Positions 14,251 through 28,500 are shown, counted from the first letter of the stretch. The stretch is 64,000 bases of DNA from Azolla caroliniana (GCA_043228905.1 JBHGNT010000001.1:35030001-35094000); one strand, 5' to 3'. Notes: a model not told the origin generated them from the sequence alone. Made by a program: numbers and translations.

Positions 14251-15096
14251 GTATTTTTGTAATACAATAAAGCAAACATGAGAATGGACATTGAAACCTA
14301 GAACCTTATTACATCATACCATGAGTGCCATGACACCACCATATGTGCACATGTAATTTACAAGAACATCAAGCAAACAAGACAATGGGCAAGCCAGACA
14401 CAGAATCACAAACTTTACCGGGGCGTGCGAGCAATGTATGCGCGATAAATTGAGGGCGACAAACCGCAAACTTTGCAATGTATGTGCGATAAACAGACCA
14501 CGAATAATCTAGAGTGGCTTAGGGGGGGGGGGGGGGGGGGGTGGATGGGCTATTTAAAGTTTCTTAAGAGGATGGATGTATACGATGCTTTTAGCATACG
14601 ATGTCTTCTTCAATTTACATATACATATGTATACATATGCATGTGTGTGAGGAGTGTGAAGGTTTGGAGGGGGGCCATTTATGTATTCATTCCATTGGTC
14701 ACCACACCACCCTTTAAAAGTGAGTGTGCTATTTATTCATTCATTCAGTCAGTCATATGGGTTTAGGAAAACCTTAGCCAATCTCTCTCTCTCTCTCTCT
14801 CTCTATGCCATTGCTCCACCCCCCCTACTTAGGAAAACCTTCTTCTTCTTTACCTTCTTCAATCAACCATGAATCACCATCTCCTTCTTCTTCTATTCTA
14901 TCTCCACTTCTAACTGATTGCAGCCCCCCCCCCTCCCCCCACCCATTGAATTGTGGTATAATATAATAGTGATCCATCCATTGCCATGCCTACTACTAGC
15001 TTGCTAGCCCAATGGAATGAAATTAAGCATCTTTTTTAATCGATTGCACAACAACAGGCCCCCATCTCATCTCTCAATTGCTACACTAGGAAGCAA

Positions 15097-18000
15097 ATGG
15101 ATTCATCCATGAGGAATATTCATCCCAACGTCAACGTCCTTCATGATTCTTGCCAGGTACAGCCCAATGTTCCCGTAACTTAAAAACTTCTTATCAAAAG
15201 AAACCCGTGCTTATCTTCATAAACATGGGAATCCCATGATGATCCTGTTGAGCGGCTCATTAAAATTTTAGCTCTAATCATGTAGCGTAATCACCCTCCT
15301 TCGTTTGTGGCCCATTGAATTTGCTCTAATCATGTGATCATGTGGTGAAATCTGCATGGTTGTCGCCATCAGTGACCCACTAATTAGCTCTAATCATGTT
15401 ATCATCATCATCATCATCATCATTAGTGACCCACACAATCCATAAAGTGGTATAATTTGATCATAATTGTCATCATCATGAGTGAGCCATTAAATTAGCA
15501 GCTCCAATCCCACTTAGGACTTCAAATTGCGGAGGTCCAGCAAGCTAGCTAGGAGACATGGGTGTGATAAATCCAGAGTGGTGGTTCTACAGATAAGATT
15601 TAGAGGCCAAAGAGAGAGAAAGTCGCCTGACGAAGATCAATCATACCCGGTGGAGGGCGAAATCATTCATTCTAAAGTCAGCAAGCAGCATGTGGGATAT
15701 ACATGTTGTGGATATGGAAATCCTTTCAAAACGATAAGCCTGGTTACAGATATAAGAAAGACTGGCGAATAATTAATTGGTTTTAGGGTTTTGGGTTAAA
15801 ACTAACTGTGGGTGATCACCAGGGTTCGAGTCCGTTCTTCCACTTCCTTTGTGGCCTGTCACCCATCAAGCCAATCAGGTCAGGACACGCGGCATCCTCC
15901 TCCCAGATTACAACATACTCAGAGCTGAGCTCCCCACCTCCTGTCTTTGTATCCCCTTACACCAAACCTCCCATCTCTTCTCAATTCTTCCCTCCTAGCT
16001 CCTCCGAAAGGTAGACTTCTCCCTCATTAATTTGTGTTTCTTGATTCCTTTTGCTCGATACAATTTCAGTCATCAATCTTTCTTAGTTGTTTTTGCTCAA
16101 AGAAGTTCCATTCATGAATCAGTCCTCTTTTTTTTACTGCTGATGTTCAATCATTAATCTTTCCTTTTTTGAGTTAATCTGCAGAGTTCCTTTGACAAAT
16201 GAATCAACTAAGCATCATCAAGCCCTTAAACAAGAATTGGAGTGCAGTTTAACATTCCCAAATGTATCAATCACCAACCTTACAGGCAATACATCAAGTT
16301 TGACACAACAGGAAGAAGCTGGTAGACCCAGTTGTGCACTCATACCTATTAATGAGAAAAAGATTGACGGGTCTTTAAAAGAAGCCAGTCCTAGAAGTCC
16401 AAATAAAGTGCTGGAAGATTTGTCCAACCCTGATCTGTATGTGTTGGATGAAATCAATAAGTGTAAAGCGAATGATTCAAAGAACTTTGAGCCGTCATGC
16501 TCAGATAGTCCATCAGAACAACTGTCCAAGATATTGGCATCAATGCGTGGCCGAATGGTCGAAGAAAATGCTCGAAAACGACTCGACTTCAATGTGGGAT
16601 CTTGTATGGACAATAATTCTCATAATAATGGATTTCAAGATGGATGCAATGAACAATTCTGCAGGGTAAGCATATCATTTCTCATATTATGTATGCGTGT
16701 ATTGCATATTCGTATGTATGTATCATGTATATATATAGTTACATACATAAACTCCATGTATGTATGTAAGTGTACACACATATACATGCCTATTACACAT
16801 ACATATGCTATATGCCACATATATGTATTCACACAGATGCCTATTCTGGAACCTTGTGCATCATGCGCTTGAAATTCTGGAACTATAAGACAACTGTCTG
16901 TATACATATCAATGACATATGGCAAATGTATATGTATATAGACATGTATGTACTTTACATATACCTCTGTATTTTATAGTGGATTGATCATAACGTTCCT
17001 CGATGAGGAACATATGTATATGTATGTGGAAATAATGTGTTTGGTTTTGCTTACAGGCTGCTATGGCGGGAATTCGAAGACGTTTCCTAGACTTTGAAAC
17101 CCTGATAAATGAGGATAGACCTATAAATGATTTGTCCATGGCAGAAACGCCTAATTTGGCTTCAAGTAGTAATACTCTTTCTCAAGATAACAATATGCCT
17201 TTACTTTCTCAATACACAAATAATGAGGGTCAAAGTGTTGCACCTGGAAATGATGCATCATACCTTCCTCTTCCATTGACAACACAGCACATTCCTATGA
17301 ACACAAGTCATGAATTGCCCTTACCTTTGCCAACTGTTATAGAGAAATCTATAATGGATGGCCTCATAGATTCATCCTCAATAAGTGGAGACATCAGCCT
17401 CGGGAGAGTCCTTTCTCTAGTTGAAAGGATCACTATGAACCATCAAGATGGGAAATCTTTACTAACAACCTCTCCTTATGTTGGGATTGGAACATATCAT
17501 CCGCCAATGCCATTTAGTATTGACACTATCGAGGGTCTACTCAATGCTACTGACCTTGTGAATGGACTGTTGCCGGGCCATGAAGGAAATGATAGGATTG
17601 TTGAGGCTCAAGATATTTCCCATCAATTGGAAAGTGACCAGGCTGATTCTAGTCAATATACCCCAATAAGTCCAAAAAAGAAGAGGTACCTAGTGATACT
17701 CGTGAGGTATCATGATGTTGTTTTTGTTTGCTTCTTTTACATATAATAACTGTTGTTTTGGGTCTCGTGTGTGTGTGTGTAAACAGGAAGCTTTCCATCC
17801 AAGAAGAAGGCTGCAAAAACTGCAAATGCAAGAAGTCAAAATGTTTGAAACTGTGAGTTAAAAAAGTTCCATAAATAACACATGCATGACACCACACATA
17901 AGTTTCATGTATAAGACATGCATGATCCAATCATGACTTCCATGTGTAAAAACATCATCCATGGATAACAATTCGTATGTGAAACTAAACATAATCCATG

Positions 18001-20460
18001 CATAACCTCATAGATGATCCATGCATTAGAAACCATGTATAACTCATGGTTAAGCCCATGTAGGACTCATGACATATGAACCTATACATGTGTATCCATG
18101 CGTGAGTTATTCATAAACCGTAAAAGAATAAACAATACTAAAGCTGCTTTCATTATTTCAAGAGATCCAAAACAAGTGTAAAAATGCAAAGATTAACAAA
18201 AAACTTGATATCTTCTGTAGTCCAAAAGTTTGTGCTTAGATTTCTGTGATAAACAGCTTATGGACAACATTATATGATAACCAAAGTGTTAACATACAGG
18301 TACTGTGAATGCTTTGCTGCGGGAGTATATTGCATAGGTTCATGTAGTTGTAGTGGTTGCCTCAACAAACCTGAATTCAAGGACATAGTGTTAGGGAAAA
18401 GACAACAAATAGAATCAAGGAATCCTTTGGCTTTCGCACCAAAGATCATTCTTGCAGCTGATAAATTGTCTCCAATTGTTGGGGTATGTGTTACTTCTTC
18501 CACAATGATGGAATTGAAAACATCTAGATATTTTTTAGAACCCTCATAAGTATGTGTAGCACTTAATATAGATATTATATAGAGGGAACCCTTGAATACC
18601 TATATCTAGAACCCTACATACATAGTTCATTTATGTATAGTCATTTGCTTACCTTGACTTAACATACAGGAGGAATGTATCAACACCCCGGCATCATTAG
18701 CACGCCATAAAAGAGGTTGCAACTGCAAGAAATCTCAGTGCTCAAAGAAGTATTGTGAATGCTACCAGGTATGCATAAATGTATACCTATATTGGGTCTT
18801 CTTTAGCTCAAGAAATCATAACGAAAACTTTAACTCTTGTTTTTCACCAAATGTATTGATGATTTAACCTTCATGAACCCATAAACATTGACAAGAGCTA
18901 TAAAACTAACATGTCGCTACAATAAATCATCTATGTTTTTTCATAACACCACCTCTTTAGAGAGGCAGTGCTAATTAAACAAAATAAAAAAAATGTTAAA
19001 GCACTTGAGAGCCCAATATTTTCTGCTGATTTCAGGCTGGTGTTGGTTGTGGAGATGGTTGTAGATGTGAAGGGTGTGCAAATATATTTGGAAGAAATGA
19101 GTGTATGTATCCGAGCTCAATAAACTATGTTTGATTTATTACCTATAAAAGATGTGTGGAACTAGGCATCAAAGTTTTGCTGTGTTTGATTTATGATCTT
19201 GACAGCTCATACAACTGAAAAAGACCAACAGACCACTTCATTAGAAACAAGAAGCAGTACTAATGAAGAAATCACTCCGATGAATTCAAGGGCTACACCA
19301 GAACATCAACCAGGGTGGAATGGAGTATTTTCTCCAATTACACCCTACCTTGATCACCCTCATGGGTAAGACAATAGCTTCTTTGTCACAAATACAGACA
19401 CACAACGTTTGCATGCCTGGAACTATGTATGCATGTATGTGACGAAAGTATACATGCATACATACATACATATGTCCATCCATCCATCCATTCATCCATA
19501 TGTCCATCCATCCATCCATCTAACTTTTTTTGGGCTATATTACTTCCAAGATTTAATTCTGAGCGTAACAGCTTCTAACATTTTTTGGGCTATATTACTT
19601 CCAAGATTTAATTCTGAGCGTAATAGCATCTAACTTTTTTTGGGCTATATGACTTCCAAGATTTAATTCTGATCGTAACAGCATCTAACTTTTTATTGCA
19701 TGTGGAATACAGGCAATGTAAATCCTATGTACAATCAAGATCAACCGAAGAAAAAGGCCCTCAGTCTCCATTCACACTTCCATTACCAACAATGCCTGAT
19801 TTTAACTCACCATGTAGAGTACTTGAATCATTGGAAAGAATTGAGAAACTCGGCCAGATGCATCTTAATGTACATTCCAACCTGGCAGGCTTACCCAACA
19901 AAATATCTGTAACTGACGTAACTGACCTAACTGATCATTGTGCTGGGAGTGATCTCAATAACAACTACTCTTTTTACAAACCTCTTCCTCAAATTTCATC
20001 TGAGTATTCAATCTTCCCCTCAAATTACCAATGCAATGGACAGGAGAAGAATGCTCTTACAATGCCTTTAACTCCTCATATGCATCCAGGCTGTTCGTTA
20101 TCAAGACGAAACTATGACTTTGAAGAAATGTCAACCACACCGCTTCGATCAGTTAATTGGTTCAGTGATGAAGAGAACAATCCAAATATATTGAATCAGT
20201 CAAATAACCATGGTAATATTACCCCGGATAAACAAACTAGCCATAGTAATGTGCTTTATGAATCAAATAGCTTTTGTGCTCCCCAAGTTGTTCTCAAGAC
20301 AAGATCACCACAGCAAAAAAGAGTTTTATCTTATCCACATAATCCAAATTTGAGCAACATCGATTCTCCTCGTCAATCAGGATTCAAGATCGGAAGAAAG
20401 ACATACACGTTGCCACAACATCATCATTACCATCATCATCAGCAGGATCTGTCTAGATAA
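15097..20460 (+). CDS. Tesmin/TSO1-like CXC (CRC/CPP domain) transcription factor, LIN54 family; 10 exons, ~893 aa
   Basis: Exons 15097-15156, 15823-16010, 16185-16665, 17057-17685, 17787-17852, 18300-18483, 18670-18768, 19036-19102, 19206-19365, 19713-20460; all introns GT-AG and phase-consistent (2682 nt). Motifs: [15 protein letters not shown] (N-terminal), [19 protein letters not shown]1 [34 protein letters not shown], hinge [12 protein letters not shown], and CXC2 [38 protein letters not shown]. Confidence 0.95.
15250..15510. repeat. Degenerate ~55-bp tandem array in intron 1 of the CRC gene
   Basis: Recurrent (A)GTGACCCA/GCCCATT..AATT(A)GCTCTAATCATG unit at ~15250, ~15308, ~15371 and ~15481, with a (CAT)n tract inside. 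Confidence 0.7.
19517..19695. repeat. 55-bp tandem repeat, 3 copies plus a partial copy, in intron 9 of the CRC gene
   Basis: CATCTAACTTTTTTTGGGCTATATTACTTCCAAGATTTAATTCTGAGCGTAACAG; the GGGC anchor lies at 19532, 19587 and 19642. Confidence 0.95.
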
Positions 20461-22511
20461 CCACATTCAAATGATGATATTGATGACTATGTGTGTGAAT
20501 TCCGGAGAAACCTCATCTAGCCCATGAAACCATGAACAACGATCTCTTTGGCCAATCACATACCTTGACATGATGACTCTTATGCGTGAATTCTTCAAAA
20601 AACTTGTTTATTTCTCGTAAACTTGAGCTATAGCTTGTTTATAATCCGAATGGATATAAACACAACTCACATACTTATACTCTGATATGTGAAATTAACA
20701 AGATGTATGTGATAATGCATAACAATGTCATGTGGTCAAAGGAAAATCCGCGTTCCTTTGAAATGCAATGTAATATATCTGGAATGAACCAAATATCAGT
20801 AATTATGTCCTAAATGAATCTAACATTATTGTCTTGCTATATTTCATTCAAGGTCACAGTGTATCTCACACAAATTTCAGCTCTTTGGATATAATGACAA
20901 GTAGAATAACAAGAGCTAGTAGAAAAGAGCCACTAATTAACCAAGTAAGTAAACGTTGACCCTCGCCATAGTATTTTAAAAATGTACCATAAACCTTGAA
21001 TTGTTCCCAAATTAATTTAGCCAAAGAACAACCCTCAAAGGGAAAAAAGTAGAGTAGTTGACCTATTCCACTTTGCAAGGTGAAGTTGAGGATAGGAAAA
21101 AGACAGGATGTTGTGCTTGAAGATGGCAATACTTTCTTATTACAACCAAGAGGAACATGGAGGATGTGAACCATGGACTCATATACAAATTTAGATTTTT
21201 TGTTATAATATGGAGGAACCACACATGGAGTTTTGCTACATTATAACATACGAGAAGAAACCTAAACAATGTACCAATTGCATAGGGAAGCTAGGATAAT
21301 CAACCTTGATGATCCTATGGCATGAAGAAACAAACACACCCTTCCTAATATACATAACGTTTGTCCTCATGGAGCAGAATACATGAGAGAATACTTATAT
21401 CCATTAAAAATGTCCTACTAGATCATTTTTAAAGCTCATCACAACCATAAAGTAATTCAACGTGCACAAGAAGCTGATCTCACAATACCCTCAATTCACA
21501 TGCTTATATGTAACAATATCCTCAACGATAAATGACAATATACATACAGGTGCATTAAGTGTTTTTTCTATTGCTATGATTGATAGACCTATTAGTACAT
21601 AAACTAACCCTATCTGTCTCGGTTTTTGGCTGCTGGTTTGTAGGCTGTTCTCTCTCTCCATAAATACCTTTGGCCATTGGCATGCCAACAAAGAGACTTA
21701 ATCTAACCCTATTGAGAGGGCTCCCCTTTAGGTTTAAAAAGATACGATATAAGTTTATCTCTGAGTGCTTATATAAGCATTGGCATTGCCTTAATGAAAC
21801 TATGATGTATACGATTTACATTTTCACAAGTTTAATTATTAATAACCATTTATCTTGAAGAACTATAGATAGTCTCAAAGAAGCTATTATGTAAGGGATT
21901 TACGTTTTCACAAGTTTGATTGATAAACATTTATTTTCAGGAAATATAGACAGTAATTCATTATTTGACAACGCATTGTAAGACTGCTATTTAGAATCGT
22001 CATTCATCTATCCTGTTCCACAATACCTCCTATTTTGCCTAAAAATCCTCATAAAAGTGAAAACATTACATGCAATTCATACTGATTAAAAAGAATGGTA
22101 ATCCATGTAGTGAAGACTTCAAATCCTGATTAAAAAAGAGTGGATACAAAAGAGAACCATTGATTAATTAAAGACATAATTTCTTAAAAAGGCTTTAAGA
22201 AACATTGATAAGAGCCCATTCTATACAAGCCAAAGGCAAAAAGGAAGGAACGCTGATTATATATAAGCTATTGAACTTACCCTAATGGCGAACTATCAAG
22301 ACAAAGGAGATGGGATCAGATTCTTTGCTTTTCTTCCATATCCTTGTTAAACTACTGAACTAAATTTCCCCTAACCTATATAACAATCAGGTATAGTAGG
22401 AACGTCCTGAAGGTCTCCAAAGAGTGACAAAATACAACAGTCTCTCAGTTTCTCTCGCTCTCTCTACCTCTACTTCTATATATATATATATACGTATGGG
22501 ATCTAAATAAA

Positions 22512-25500
22512 TTATTTGTTTACAAGCTCCAACCAAAAGCTCGAAGGATAGGTCTCCATGTCCTTCGCAACATTGGAGCAGAGCTGTTCGGCCTTGTCAT
22601 CGTGACCACCTGCGAAATTATGAACCCTAAAAGCCAACTGGAAAACCCTCCACATCATTTGAAAGCTACCCTTCAATTTGATCATATCTTTCGGAGACAC
22701 ATACTCATCCCCTTCCCTTAAACCCGCTTTTGACCTCTGGCTATCCTGCAAGATTTTCCACCAAAACTATTTTATTGTCGAAAGGTTGTGATTTGTCTTT
22801 AGGGTTTTGTAAAATCGTAACCGTTTTCAATCGAAGAGAAAATAAAACGAAAGAAAAACAAGTTCTTCTATTATCTTTCCCAACTATGTCCGTTCTGGCA
22901 CACATTTGACAACATGTGATACTACAATGACCTTTGACCTGTTTGAATTTACTAGTCACACATTTGACAACCAATGAAAATAAGCAAAATGCCAAATCTA
23001 ATCAAACGTGGTTTTAACTTAATCAAACATAATTATTATGACCTACCCTCAGTGCCAATGCCAAAGATCGAGAAGAGAGGCCAACCATTGCCTCCTTAAT
23101 ACGAACAATCATATCAAAATTGAAATGGATCTTTTGGGTCTGAAACCTAGAGATGTCGTCATCCTTGGTCCTTTCAATGGTCTCTACATCAGTCTTTACC
23201 TGTTATCGAATATAGTTTGACAAAGCATGTTAGTGGCGCTACTATGTTAAAAAGATTGACACAATACCAAACATTTTGTAGGGAACTTGATCTATTAGTA
23301 GCATACCTTTTCAAAGAAGGTTATAATTTTGTCAAGATTTTCCGCCATCGGAGATTCAACACTCCAATCCTCAATCTGTTGTGCGAGGGAGGACATTCTC
23401 AAATAAAGAGATGCCGCAGCCCTTACTGTTTCAAGCTTTTTAATTGGAAACCCCTCGAACTTTGCCAAAACCTAGACATATGATACATACTTATTACAAC
23501 AACAGCTTGTATGAATCTTATCAAAACATTACTGTATGACTATTTTACAAAACTTGTTGTGCTTCTCTTTTGTGAATGCCTTCATGCACATTCTTTAAGA
23601 CTGGATTGAATCTTTTAAACAGATTAACTAATAAAAATGAAATGGTGCATTCTATGAACAAGGAACTCTATTTTAAAAATGTATCTACATACTATACTAT
23701 TAGCGATTCTATGGTGATTTCAGCCAAAAATCTATCAATCCTAAACCAGTAAGGTTGCTACTGTAATTGTTGAACATGAATCACATTTTACCACGTTAAT
23801 TCTTTAATATTGGAGTGAAGCACGCATATCATATGAACAGTAATCTTCCTGCAATTTATTTAGCCATTCAATTCAAGGATGCAGTTTAGACAATTCCTGA
23901 AATACATAAATCAAAATCTCTTTTATCACCTGCGATTCATCGGTGAGTTGTTCCAGCACCATCTCGATTCTCTCATAGAACCCTACTAGTTTTTCCATAT
24001 CTCTAGTTTCAAAAGATTCCAAGCTTGCTTTAACTTCTATTATAGATGTTGCATGTTTCTGTACATCATCTTCTATATTTCTGAAATAAGAAGACCTACG
24101 AAACAAGCAAATTGAGATATTAGGTTGATGATTGCGCATAATTTCAGATATAAGAAACAGAGAACGTACAAGTAATGTAAATGTATATCCATTAACGAGG
24201 TCCACATACAAGAACCATATAAATCCAAACATAGATATATAGATACATGCAGTTATATTTCTACATACATGTTCCCACAGACAACCATGTCTTTTAGTAG
24301 TAAACTTACCTTCTAGTTATTTCTGCCAAAGCTTCAGCCATACCGTCACGACTGTTTGCTCCAGTACTAGTCTTCCGTTGTATAGCCATATCTGCTAGTG
24401 TAGACTGATCATTATCTGTTCCATCTGCTTTTTTCTTCATTCCCATGTATAATCTACTTATAGTGACAGATTTTTTCAGTTTAGTAGTCTTATTATTCAA
24501 CAATCTTCTTGCTCCAAATGGAGGGGGAGGAGGTGGGGGTGGGGGTGGGGGCGGTGGAGCTGAACCCAATGGAAAAGATGATTGTTTCTTAACCACTACA
24601 GATGAATTCTTAGGTTTAGATATGGGTACTGCACAAAAAGTACTATCATCAATTTCCTTCTTTCCATTTTCGATCTTTGATATCCTTTGAGCTACATCTA
24701 TGTTCTTCTCTATATCTTCACTCGCAACATCAATTCGGTTACTTATATTGCTTTTCTCTGGATCTTTGGTATTCACCATATCTTTTTCATACAGTTCAAC
24801 CCAACATACATCAATTGATTCGTCATGGTCATGAAAAGCTAATAAAGAGGTCTCTTTCTTCTCATCAACTGTCCAATGGGATGATGGTTTGCTTCCTTTA
24901 CTCAGATGATAACTACTAGAATTCGGTGTGGGTTCAGGTAAGACTGATGTAGGAGTGCTTTGATTGTTATCTTCTGAAGGAGATAATGATGATGGAGAAG
25001 AAAACCCTCGTTTTATAACATCAGAAAGCTCAGTTATTCCAGACTTTGGTGAGCATTGTAAATCAGAGGTGCATGAGTATGCTGACATTGGGCTGAAGCC
25101 TGTATCAACTACAGGTTTTGATGCACGTGTGATGTGCTTACTAATATCCTCTAGTTTCTTCAGAGTTTTGTGACCTTCAGCAAGAAATATACAGTTTAGC
25201 TCCCAAATGCATTTTATCAGCTGCACCAGGTAAGTATTAAATTTATAATACTAAAAACAAATGAGAATCATGACCTTTAACTAATAAATATACAAATTAG
25301 TAGTAATAAATCCCTCTTCTGAACTTTATCAAGAAAGATATAAATTAGTGATGCAAACAAAGTTTCATGACCCATTAACACGAAATACACAATTATAGAT
25401 GAAACCAATTTCATGACCTCCACTAAGCACACGAGTGCTATCACCTTCACAGAGAAAGATGAAATTAGGCATGCCAAAATACAAATTAGTTATGACCTTT

Positions 25501-28500
25501 GCTAACAAATGCACAAAATAAAAGGATATTTATTTTGGATACTTACTTAGTTGTTCTAGTTTGGAGGCCTCTTCTGCCAACTGCCGATTCATTTCCTTGG
25601 CTTTAGACCTAAATTTGGGGCTATAACGTTTTCTTGTGGATCTTGTAAATCCAAAAGAAGGACTGGAAGTGGTTAATGGTGAATTACTCCTTCGGTCCAT
25701 ATAGCTGTTGATATCTAAAGTACTATTTCTCACAACTTTTAACTCTAGTTCTGTAATAAGATATTAGTTGTTATTACTCATTGAAAATGGCGATAAATAA
25801 ACTTCAGGCTATATGTACAATGATGACATCCTACCATGCAAAGTCAATCGAGTAGAGGCCTCATAATAATTATTATAACAAAAGTCCTTTCCTGAATCCT
25901 GCATAGAACAATTTTAAAAAGGTCTGAGACAATGCATTGAGAGTGACATACAACATACCACATCAGAATTCACTGTGATCAACACTATATTTATACCCTG
26001 CAAGCAGTCTCCATTGCACATAGTGTTTGGTAGAATCGTTGCATTTGCTGCAAAAATGCATGCTAGACCTTAGGAATTTGCAATCAACTATAAATTGGTG
26101 GATGGAAAATCTCAGTACTCAAGTAAATTGTTTACACACCTTGAACATAGACTCCTTTTCACTCTTAGAGGGATGGAATGATTGTATTGAGGATACATTT
26201 TCTGAACATAGATCATTAAGGGCGTTTGTTGTACTTGCAAGTACCTGATCAGCATAAGAAGTTTGCAAATGTCTAATGATGATAAAAAGCATAAGTCGTT
26301 ATGAGCATTGCTTCTGATATAACAAATGCCCTTCACAAGAAAAAGCTTCTCCACTCATATGATGCAGAGTGGCACGTATCATGACTTATTTGGCATTCAT
26401 TAATTCCACTCATACGATGCAGAGTGACAACATATCTTAACTTATCAATTATGAACTTTCACATTATACAACTATGAACTTCTTCACATGCTAGCTATTC
26501 TCTCTTCTGATTCATCATTGCCTTTAGAAATGAACAATGCATTACATTACAATGCATTACACAAATGCGCACCATTTCTTTATCCAAGAAAATGGACTGA
26601 ATCACAACGTAATTAGGAATGTTCATATGATAATAATGGACTCCAATAGATGAGCTTTCCATGAGAAGAATAAATGTACAGATAAGATGAAGGTTTGATT
26701 TTGAAACCTCATCAAGATCTGCAAAGCTCTCACAAGGAGGAAGCTTCAACACCTCTCGCAGATCTGCTACCCTGCGACGGAGTTCTGCAAGCACAACAAG
26801 ACCTCCAAACCAACCATAGCCACCAAGCCGCGCATTCTCTATATCTTTCAGTCGTGTCATGTTCATACTTAAACGAACTTGAAGGGGTAATTCTTTGGCT
26901 GCAATCACCTACAATATGTGGCGTATGAATATATCAACTCCAGAAAACAAAACATCACCAAAATGAACGGGAGTAAGAAAAAGAAGCAGTTTCAAGTGAT
27001 CTGTACTCTCAAAATTTTAAAAACCGCTTTTTAACTCTTAAGGTTGAAGAGAAAATGCTGTCAACTTTCATGAAATTGTAGAACAAATTTTTTCTTGACC
27101 AATTTGCGTCACAATAGATGAAGTTTTGTGAACTGATTGTCAAAAATGTTCCCAGATATTAGTTATGCAAACAAAGTGGGAGATACAGACTCATTTCATT
27201 CGATAACGTTAAGGAAGACAAACTGTTCTCAATGTGATATAAGTATTGTAAATAAACTGGGTGTGTGGCTGTGTTTCCTAAAAAATATAATCATACAAGG
27301 AATATTCAAACAGTTGAACGAGTGTTAATAAAAAAGAGAAGTAAACTACTTCCAATGGTTATATCAGTGGTTAAAATAAATATGGATACCTGTGTGTGTG
27401 CGTCAATAGAAAATAAACAGCAAGTAAAAGGGAATGAGAAACAAGGACGTTTAATTAATTTTCTTACTTGCAAAGCTATGGATCCTAAGCATTCTTTCAA
27501 TCGATCCTCACTCTTAGTGACCATGTCTTCTAACGCCATCTTTCTGCGTAGACACTCATCCAAAGCCTGAAACACAAAAAAGACAGAAAAGCAAGGGGTT
27601 CCGGAGTTATATTTGTATTTGCCAAAGGTACGGAAAGTCCAGCAACAGAGATAATAATATCTAAAAACAACTATAGAAATTACGCCCTCCCTCCATTAGA
27701 ATTTGGGGTTTACAGAAAAATAAGAAAAGAGAAGATTTTGATTCTTTTATCGACATGTTTGTTCAACAAGAGAAACCGTGAACAGAAAAGAAATCCTTTT
27801 TAGTGCCCCTGGTGTGGAGATCAATAAATTCGAATTTTTAGTCAGGTATATACAGACTGCAAAGAGAATGGAGAAAAAAATAGGTATCTATTATTTGAAT
27901 CCACAGTAAAAAAAACAGACATTCTGGTCTAGAGTTCCTGTAATAAGGAGTGGAAATTTTGTATTTGGGTGAGGAAAACAGATATATACCCTTTCATATA
28001 TTTTATCCACTGACGCTGTGATCATTTGTCTGAGCTCTTCTTGCTTCTGCGACTTATCATCTCCGATTTCCTAAGTGAAAAAATGCAATGTACATCATAA
28101 CAGAGAGTGATCAGCTTTAATAAATGAATATATAAGAAACCCAACGCATTTGAGAAGCAGGCAAAAATATAGACAATATCTGATTTGATTGAAAGTAAAG
28201 ATTACATATGATAAGATCATGAGATTTTTCAGACGGGAAATTTTCGAGGCCAGATATAGGAAGAAAATTTGATTCAGTGCCCAGATGGATTACAAAAGAA
28301 ATTGTTCAATATCGGTATGACTAAGACAAGAAAGTAGTAGGTGAAATTAAGGTTGCTGATAGATAGGGAGGAAAAGTTAACTCAATGCCGACCAGAAATT
28401 AAGTTTTCTGCTGAGTGGAAATGGCAAGGATAGATATTAGAAACTGTAACGAGATCTCTGATTAAATTTTTAAATTTTGAATGCAAATTTTGGGGCGGAG

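Noticed and set aside
15527-15772. 81-aa ORF in CRC intron 1
   Set aside because: It starts at TTG and is not needed for the frame-consistent model. It is purine-rich and may be a small inserted fragment, but no family could be assigned.
19517-19695. Repeat array as a CRISPR array or snoRNA cluster
   Set aside because: The units are head-to-tail with no unique spacers, in a eukaryotic intron. CTGA is present but there is no proper C box (RTGATGA).
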